The position numbers and the translations under genes were made by a program. 64,000 nucleotides of DNA, taken from positions 1-64,000 of IMG/VR virus record IMGVR_UViG_3300035703_000049. One strand, 5' to 3'. Source of the stretch: a virus. The notes below the pieces were generated by a model, which was given only the letters and a program-made list of their open reading frames with translations, did no database searches and was not told the origin of the DNA. Each line of letters starts with the position of its first letter. Position 1 is the first letter of the stretch. This document shows, in pieces, positions 59,061-64,000 of the stretch.

Positions 59061-60050
59061 ATGAATAACGGAAAATTATTTTCTTACTTGTACGGTGTAA
59101 GTAAGAATGCAAACTTTTTTGCAGCTAAAAACTCAGCTTTAAACTTGTATCAAGGATCTCGTAGTATACGTGATCCCGAAGTGTTGGATTGTTTGAACAG
59201 AATCTTTAATACCAACTACCATGACAATTGGCACATGCAAAAAACGTTTGTGAATGAATTTGCAAGTTGGCAAAAGTTAGATCTTTCAAAATACGATGTA
59301 GATTATAGTGCAGGTACTACGCAAAGTTTTGATAGCTTTTATTTTAGACACAGACACAAACGTTTTAGATGTTATGTTGGTGAATACTTCTATCATATCA
59401 AAGCATGGATATCAAACAATGTAAATTGGAGTTTTGTTAGTGACGATAATCCATTACAACAAGGTGATGCTTTAGTACTAAGTTATCCTTTCTGTGATAG
59501 TGGCAATTTTTATGAAATTAAATCAATACTTGAAGAATGTGATAGACTAAACATACCAGTACTAATTGATATGGCTTACTACAATTTAACTAGCGCGTTA
59601 CCAATAGAGTTTGAAAACAAATGCATCGATACTGTTTGTTTTAGTTTAAGCAAAACATTTCCTGTTGCTAATTATAGAATTGGTGTGCGTTATACACAAA
59701 AGCATATACAGGATGGGCAAAAATTACATGATCAAATTAACTACAACAATTATGCAAGCTGTTATATAGGTTACAAACTTATATCTAAATTTTCAAAAGA
59801 TTTTATTGCAAACAAGTATAGATCTAAACAAGTTGAAGTATGTAACTTATTTGATATTAACACAAGCAATAGCGTAATTTTTGCTATAGGCGATAGTGAT
59901 TGGGATTGCTACAGTAGGAAAACACTATTAGATCAATATCAACTATCGTTTGATAGCAAGCTTTTTAAAAATAGAATTTGTCTTAATAGCGTTTATGAAA
60001 ACTGGGATTTATTTATGGAGTTAAAGAATGAAGTTACAACTACATTTTAA
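59061..60050 (+). CDS. PLP-dependent transferase (fold type I)
   Basis: GTTQSFD, GEY, SYPF, VLIDMAY, FSLSKTF..RIG. Confidence 0.75.
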   Translation: MNNGKLFSYLYGVSKNANFFAAKNSALNLYQGSRSIRDPEVLDCLNRIFNTNYHDNWHMQKTFVNEFASWQKLDLSKYDVDYSAGTTQSFDSFYFRHRHKRFRCYVGEYFYHIKAWISNNVNWSFVSDDNPLQQGDALVLSYPFCDSGNFYEIKSILEECDRLNIPVLIDMAYYNLTSALPIEFENKCIDTVCFSLSKTFPVANYRIGVRYTQKHIQDGQKLHDQINYNNYASCYIGYKLISKFSKDFIANKYRSKQVEVCNLFDINTSNSVIFAIGDSDWDCYSRKTLLDQYQLSFDSKLFKNRICLNSVYENWDLFMELKNEVTTTF

Positions 60051-60495
60051 AAACATTATTGATAACCCATGCTGTAAGATTATCGTAAACAATGTAGAGC
60101 TATACGCTGGTGTTGTACACCCAAGCTATTCGTTTGTATATGAAGACGAACACAATACCGTACATCTAAAGATCGTGCATTATGATAAGAAAAATTCAGA
60201 AACAATAGTTGATTCAAATGGTAAAATTATTAGAGACCGTAGTTTTGAAATAGAAAAAATAATTGTAGATGATTATGATTTTGAAAATTTAATTTGGAAA
60301 AGTTTTTTTCAATCAACTAATAATAACGTTTATGAAAGTTGTTTGTTTTTTGGACCTAATGGTTCATTTAATATAAATTTTTACTTACCAGTTTTGGAAT
60401 GGATATTAGAAAACACTAACAACGATGAATCATGGCGCGAGGATTATGAATACTATAAACGTGCTATGAAAATTTTAGGGATACCGTGTGCTTAA
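60028..60495 (+). CDS. Small beta-rich hypothetical protein, paralogue of 13134-13553
   Basis: Shared T.v..G.II.D...I..I and F...G.F.....P pattern. Confidence 0.65.
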   Translation: MKLQLHFKNIIDNPCCKIIVNNVELYAGVVHPSYSFVYEDEHNTVHLKIVHYDKKNSETIVDSNGKIIRDRSFEIEKIIVDDYDFENLIWKSFFQSTNNNVYESCLFFGPNGSFNINFYLPVLEWILENTNNDESWREDYEYYKRAMKILGIPCA

Positions 60496-61537
60496 CGTTG
60501 ATCTAATTAGAGAAATTTCATGGGTGCTTAGTGTAGCAAGTCAGCAAAATATGCTAGATGTATCTGGTGAATACATCTGGGCATATCCTAAGAACAAGTC
60601 GCTTGATGAATTAAAAGTGCGTAGTTGCACTATCTTTAGCAGTGGCAACGCTATAAAAGATGTTGAGGTTAACAGCTTTGTACAACAATCAAACATAGCT
60701 ACTCATTTAAAAGATCCATGGATCGTAAAGAAATTTGAGGAACGATTCTTCAATTGGGTAAAAGAGAATCCAAATCATAAGATAAAAAATTTAGATCTTT
60801 TTAAGTATACAGCTTTCGCAGCAGGTTCACAGGAAACATTTTCTAACTTCTACTTAAGTAATCGAAACAAACGATTTAGAGTTTTCAAAGGTGAATATTG
60901 GTGGCATATGGATGTATGGTCAAGCTTAGGGTTAAGCTGGGCATACATTGAAGATGATGAAATTAGACCAAACGATACTGTAATTTGCAGTTATCCATTT
61001 GCATTGTTTGGTCGTAAGCATCCTCAGTTTGATTGGTTATTAGATGAAGTAAAAGCAAAAAATTGCAAGCTGTTACTGGACTTTATCTATCTACCTAACA
61101 CATGCAATGAAGTTGAAGTAGACTTACAACATGAATGTATTGATGAAATTAGTTTTAGCTTTTCCAAAACGTTCCCAGTTCAATGCGCTAAGATAGCAGT
61201 TCGAATGTTAAAAAATAAACCCGTTGACATGATGCAAATAAGTAACGACGAAAACATATGCAATCGCTTAAGTGCAGGGCTAGGATTGGATATTATGAAC
61301 AACTTCCCTATGAACTATATGTATGAAAAGTACAAAGACAAGCAGCAATTTTGGTGCAGTAAACTAGGATTAACTCCAAGCCCAGTAGTCCATTTTGGAA
61401 CAGGAGATGATTATACTGCTTATGGAAAGCAACATTCTGCTCGTTGGTTCAGTGAATTCAATAATCAACAGGGAAGATACAATTTAGGTATGTTATATGA
61501 AAATGAAAATTTACTTTACAACCTAAACTATATATAG
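60488..61537 (+). CDS. PLP-dependent transferase, paralogue of 59061-60050
   Basis: GSQETFS, KRFRVFKGEY, SYPF, LLLDFIY, FSFSKTFPV. Confidence 0.72.
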   Translation: MLNVDLIREISWVLSVASQQNMLDVSGEYIWAYPKNKSLDELKVRSCTIFSSGNAIKDVEVNSFVQQSNIATHLKDPWIVKKFEERFFNWVKENPNHKIKNLDLFKYTAFAAGSQETFSNFYLSNRNKRFRVFKGEYWWHMDVWSSLGLSWAYIEDDEIRPNDTVICSYPFALFGRKHPQFDWLLDEVKAKNCKLLLDFIYLPNTCNEVEVDLQHECIDEISFSFSKTFPVQCAKIAVRMLKNKPVDMMQISNDENICNRLSAGLGLDIMNNFPMNYMYEKYKDKQQFWCSKLGLTPSPVVHFGTGDDYTAYGKQHSARWFSEFNNQQGRYNLGMLYENENLLYNLNYI

Positions 61538-61558
61538 TATTACATTAAGGATAAGAGG

Positions 61559-62080
61559 TTGCCAAGTAAGGGAAAAGCTAAAGGAAACGGATGGGAAAGG
61601 GAAGTCGCAGATTTTCTTTTCGAGTTGTACGGGGAAAGCTTTGTACGTGTACCCAACTCAGGTGCATTTATTGGTGGCAAAAACAGTCATCGTAAAGGAA
61701 ATTTGAGCGAACAACAAATCCGTGGCTTTAAAGGGGATATAATTCCAGGTCCCAGTTTTCCCCACTTGAACTTGGAAGCAAAGTTCTATAAGGACTTTGC
61801 TTTCCATCAAGTGCTTGCAGGAAGTTGCAAGCAACTTGATGATTGGATAAATCAAATTTTAACTACTTGTGACGAAACAGACATAAACATATTAGCGATG
61901 AAATTTAATCGCAAAGGCTCATTTATTGCATACGAAATAAAGCACATTCCAATCTTAAATTTAGGTCCAAACTACATACGATACTATAATCATAAACATA
62001 CTCATGGCACTTGGATAATTCAAGAATTCAATAATTTTTGGCAGCTTAACGGCACACAAATCAAAAATCTCTCAGCTTAA
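61559..62080 (+). CDS. PD-(D/E)XK nuclease, Holliday junction resolvase-like
   Basis: KAKGNGWEREVA, RVPNSGA, GDI..EAK; TTG start after AAGAGG. Confidence 0.78.
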   Translation: MPSKGKAKGNGWEREVADFLFELYGESFVRVPNSGAFIGGKNSHRKGNLSEQQIRGFKGDIIPGPSFPHLNLEAKFYKDFAFHQVLAGSCKQLDDWINQILTTCDETDINILAMKFNRKGSFIAYEIKHIPILNLGPNYIRYYNHKHTHGTWIIQEFNNFWQLNGTQIKNLSA

Positions 62081-62089
62081 CAGCACACT

Positions 62090-62440
62090 CATTTAGGCTA
62101 AACATAGGCTATATAGCCCCATATCTACGTTCAACTTTGAAGGTTGGCGACACCCCGATATTGTCGCAATTGGGCACAGTAAGGCTAACTTTAGGCTAAA
62201 TGATCGCGGCTCTGTGAAAAAGATACAACCGCAACTAATACACACGTTCGCTGGTTAGGGCGTGGTGAAGTTCCGTCGCAGAAAGCTGGAGTAGGGGGTA
62301 CCGGGCGACCGCCTCCGCTACATGTAAATGTAAATCTCCTTTAACAATCACAACAGTATGATGGAGTACTCAGATGAAGACTTCTATACTTTTCCTGGAA
62401 ACAGGAAAAGTATGACATCATATCTAGATGAATACTTTAA
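62090..62440 (+). ncRNA. Candidate large structured non-coding RNA, family not recognised
   Basis: No ORF; GC above surroundings; stems capped by GNRA loops (GCGA 62305-62308, GTAA 62324-62327, GAAA 62398-62401 on a perfect 12-bp stem); G-U pairs favour the + strand; boundaries approximate. Confidence 0.6.
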
Positions 62441-62508
62441 GTCGCTTAAGCGGTTTGCTCGTATGCAAGTAAAGTTAACACTGTGTTATTAAATTGAAGA
62501 GAAGAAAA

Positions 62509-62600
62509 TGTTCGAGTGTGAACGTAAGTGAACACGAAGAACAGATGTACGTAGTACATCTCAAAAGAATAGATAAGAATCAAAAAGAATATATTAGGAT
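62509..62600 (+). repeat. Two hairpins followed by 10-bp phased AAGAAT repeats
   Basis: Tandem-GA hairpin 62509-62543; AGATGTAC-GTA-GTACATCT 62543-62561; AAGAAT at 62565, 62575, 62585. Confidence 0.7.
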
Positions 62601-62609
62601 AGTTACGAC

Positions 62610-62804
62610 TTAAAAGAATGGAAGACCTGACTTTTTAGTTGTTTCCATATTATCTTTTATAATTTTTCCTATTATCTCTCTTTCTTGATAATCAAGTAAA
62701 AATGCATCGTCGTAAGATAATCCTCCCCTCATATACCAACATATCCTCAATAACTCTTCTTTGAGTGATAACGATTCTTTATCCAGATTATCGAGATATT
62801 TCAC
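62610..62804 (-). CDS. Tail/baseplate assembly chaperone C-terminal extension (gp51- or gpT-like), probably made by -1 frameshift
   Basis: WYMRGGLSY..ERE..GLPFF; frame stays open upstream to the slippery site at 62840-62849. Confidence 0.7.
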   Translation of the reverse strand: MKYLDNLDKESLSLKEELLRICWYMRGGLSYDDAFLLDYQEREIIGKIIKDNMETTKKSGLPFF

Positions 62805-62824
62805 TACCCCATCGTTATCTAATG

Positions 62825-63658
62825 TTAATAACCTGGAGCGAAAAAATTTGCAGGATCAAAATCAATAGAGGTATCATATGTTTTTGAACAACTTTCGCAT
62901 TGTGCAGTAAGTTTTGGTAACTTATAATTTGATACGTATTCATTTATCATATTTTTAACTTTATCAAACATTTCTTTATCTGCTTGCGTGATAAATTCTG
63001 TAATTTCAAAATGATCTGTAACTTTTTCGTAATCTGAAGTAATAATTGCTGCTATACTATGAGCTAACCGATTGTTTACGTTTTTAGCAATTTTCCTCAT
63101 CGTATTTCCTATTATTTCTGAACGTTGTTCGGTTGTAATATTAGGTTGACCTAACTGTTGAAGCATTCTGTTTTCTTCATAACTATCAATATTAAAAGAG
63201 TTAATTTCTTTAAAGTTAAGTGGTTTTAATTCAAAAGTTAAATCGTTAATAGTTGACATTTTTTCCCAATTTGGTTGTTGAATATTTTCCATTATCCAAC
63301 GACAATCAACTTCGTTATCATTAATAGAATTACAGTGAGGGCATTTACTTTCTAATTTTAAGTTAGGGCCATATGTTGCTATTCGTATTGCTAATAAAAT
63401 ATAATCTAAATCTGGTCTTGGTATATCCCAAGCATTCCTAATGTTTGGACAACAACTTTGAATCATATCAACTGTTGCAGATCCATTCATCAATGCATCG
63501 GCATTTTTTAAAAGTAAGTCATCTTTCCCAGTCATGCTTAACACTGGCATTTCTTTATTTTCTGGTAAATTTATCGATCCTGCTGGCCACCATTTACCAT
63601 TGCTAGGCAATTGAATGAATAATTTTGGTTGTCTAAAGTGCTTTGATAATGCTGACAT
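62825..63658 (-). CDS. Baseplate hub assembly/tail chaperone (T4 gp26-like)
   Basis: FRQPKLFIQLPS, MTGKDDLLLK, DLDYILLAIRIATYG, CPHC and CESC zinc pairs, NFF terminus. Confidence 0.8.
   Translation of the reverse strand: MSALSKHFRQPKLFIQLPSNGKWWPAGSINLPENKEMPVLSMTGKDDLLLKNADALMNGSATVDMIQSCCPNIRNAWDIPRPDLDYILLAIRIATYGPNLKLESKCPHCNSINDNEVDCRWIMENIQQPNWEKMSTINDLTFELKPLNFKEINSFNIDSYEENRMLQQLGQPNITTEQRSEIIGNTMRKIAKNVNNRLAHSIAAIITSDYEKVTDHFEITEFITQADKEMFDKVKNMINEYVSNYKLPKLTAQCESCSKTYDTSIDFDPANFFAPGY
62840..62849 (-). other. Predicted -1 programmed ribosomal frameshift site
   Basis: A AAT TTT TTC in the reading frame of 62825-63658: two overlapping X XXY YYZ heptamers. Confidence 0.7.
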
Positions 63659-63680
63659 TTTGATTCCTTGTCTTTTTGGC

Positions 63681-63710
63681 TATAAATATTTGCGTATATC
63701 TATATTTATG
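63681..63710. promoter_or_regulatory. Overlapping divergent T4-like late promoters
   Basis: TATAAATA on + (63681-63688) and CATAAATA on - (63703-63710) in the 62-bp intergenic gap. Confidence 0.7.
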
Positions 63711-63720
63711 TGAGCATATA

Positions 63721-64000
63721 ATGACAGTTAAAGGTACATTTGGTAAAGAAGATATTGAGTTATATAACGCCGCAGAAGAAGATACCCTGCGTAGATTATT
63801 ATATGTTACAGAACTTAATAGTAAAGCAGATAAAAAAACTCTAGATGCGATTGGAAAAGGAATATCATCATCAAATGATGGTCTTGAAGATTTAGATCGT
63901 GCAAGCAGTAGATCATCTGATGGTTTAGAAGAACTTGCATCAAGCACAAAAAATTCAAATAAAGCATTTGGGGATTTTAGTCGTGATTTTAAATGGCATT
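63721..64000 (+). CDS. Probable tape measure protein, 5' part (runs off the window)
   Basis: Open frame from ATG 63721 (MTVKGTFGKEDIELYNAAEEDTLRRLL...), helical Ser/Asp-rich; late promoter upstream; next to the chaperone pair. Confidence 0.55.
   Translation, partial: MTVKGTFGKEDIELYNAAEEDTLRRLLYVTELNSKADKKTLDAIGKGISSSNDGLEDLDRASSRSSDGLEELASSTKNSNKAFGDFSRDFKWH

Noticed and set aside
62386-62413. 12-bp hairpin as a simple rho-independent terminator
   Set aside because: No U tract follows the stem on either strand; it fits better as part of the larger fold
62370-62432. Possible hammerhead ribozyme (CAGATGA...GAAA)
   Set aside because: The core reads CAGAUGA rather than CUGAUGA, and the GAAA is a hairpin loop rather than a junction strand
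62042-62620. CRISPR-like mini-array
   Set aside because: Repeats are 6-16 bp, irregular and lack uniform spacers; no cas genes in the window
1672-63947. Many short ORFs antisense to or nested in long genes (e.g. 1672-1911, 15839-16201, 20403-20834, 21063-21443, 22708-24747, 41167-41484, 45032-45337, 54881-55216, 63633-63947)
   Set aside because: They are shadow frames of well-supported genes, with no motifs or ribosome-binding sites
1-64000. Stop-codon reassignment, tRNA genes, integrase/transposase, DGR or inteins
   Set aside because: Standard-code ORFs tile the window up to 4774 aa; no cloverleaf, recombinase, reverse transcriptase or intein motifs were seen

Overview
AT-rich, densely coded 64 kb segment of a large T4-like (myovirus, probably jumbo-class) bacteriophage genome in the standard genetic code. 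From left to right: (1) a + strand dfr-thyA block running into a nucleotide-sugar cassette (PIG-L deacetylase, DegT aminotransferase, SDR epimerase); (2) a ~14.5 kb - strand operon with four GT-A-like glycosyltransferases, five paralogous radical SAM enzymes carrying an N-terminal SPASM/twitch-like domain, one cobalamin-dependent radical SAM enzyme and an SGNH protein; (3) a - strand tail/baseplate module (fibres with auto-cleaving chaperone-like C-termini, a 4774-aa wedge protein, gp6-, gp25-, gp5-, hub-, gp53- and gp48/54-like genes); (4) a + strand gp55-gp47-gp46 block interleaved with further sugar, PLP and 2OG enzymes and an Hc1-like protein; (5) a resolvase-like nuclease followed by a ~530 bp highly structured non-coding element; (6) a tail chaperone pair joined by a predicted -1 frameshift, divergent from a probable tape-measure gene that runs off the window. 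The best candidates for new biology are the radical SAM/glycosyltransferase tailoring system next to the tail genes and the structured non-coding element at 62.1-62.6 kb. A recurring leaderless promoter architecture is also visible. All product calls come from motif recognition by eye; no database searches were run.
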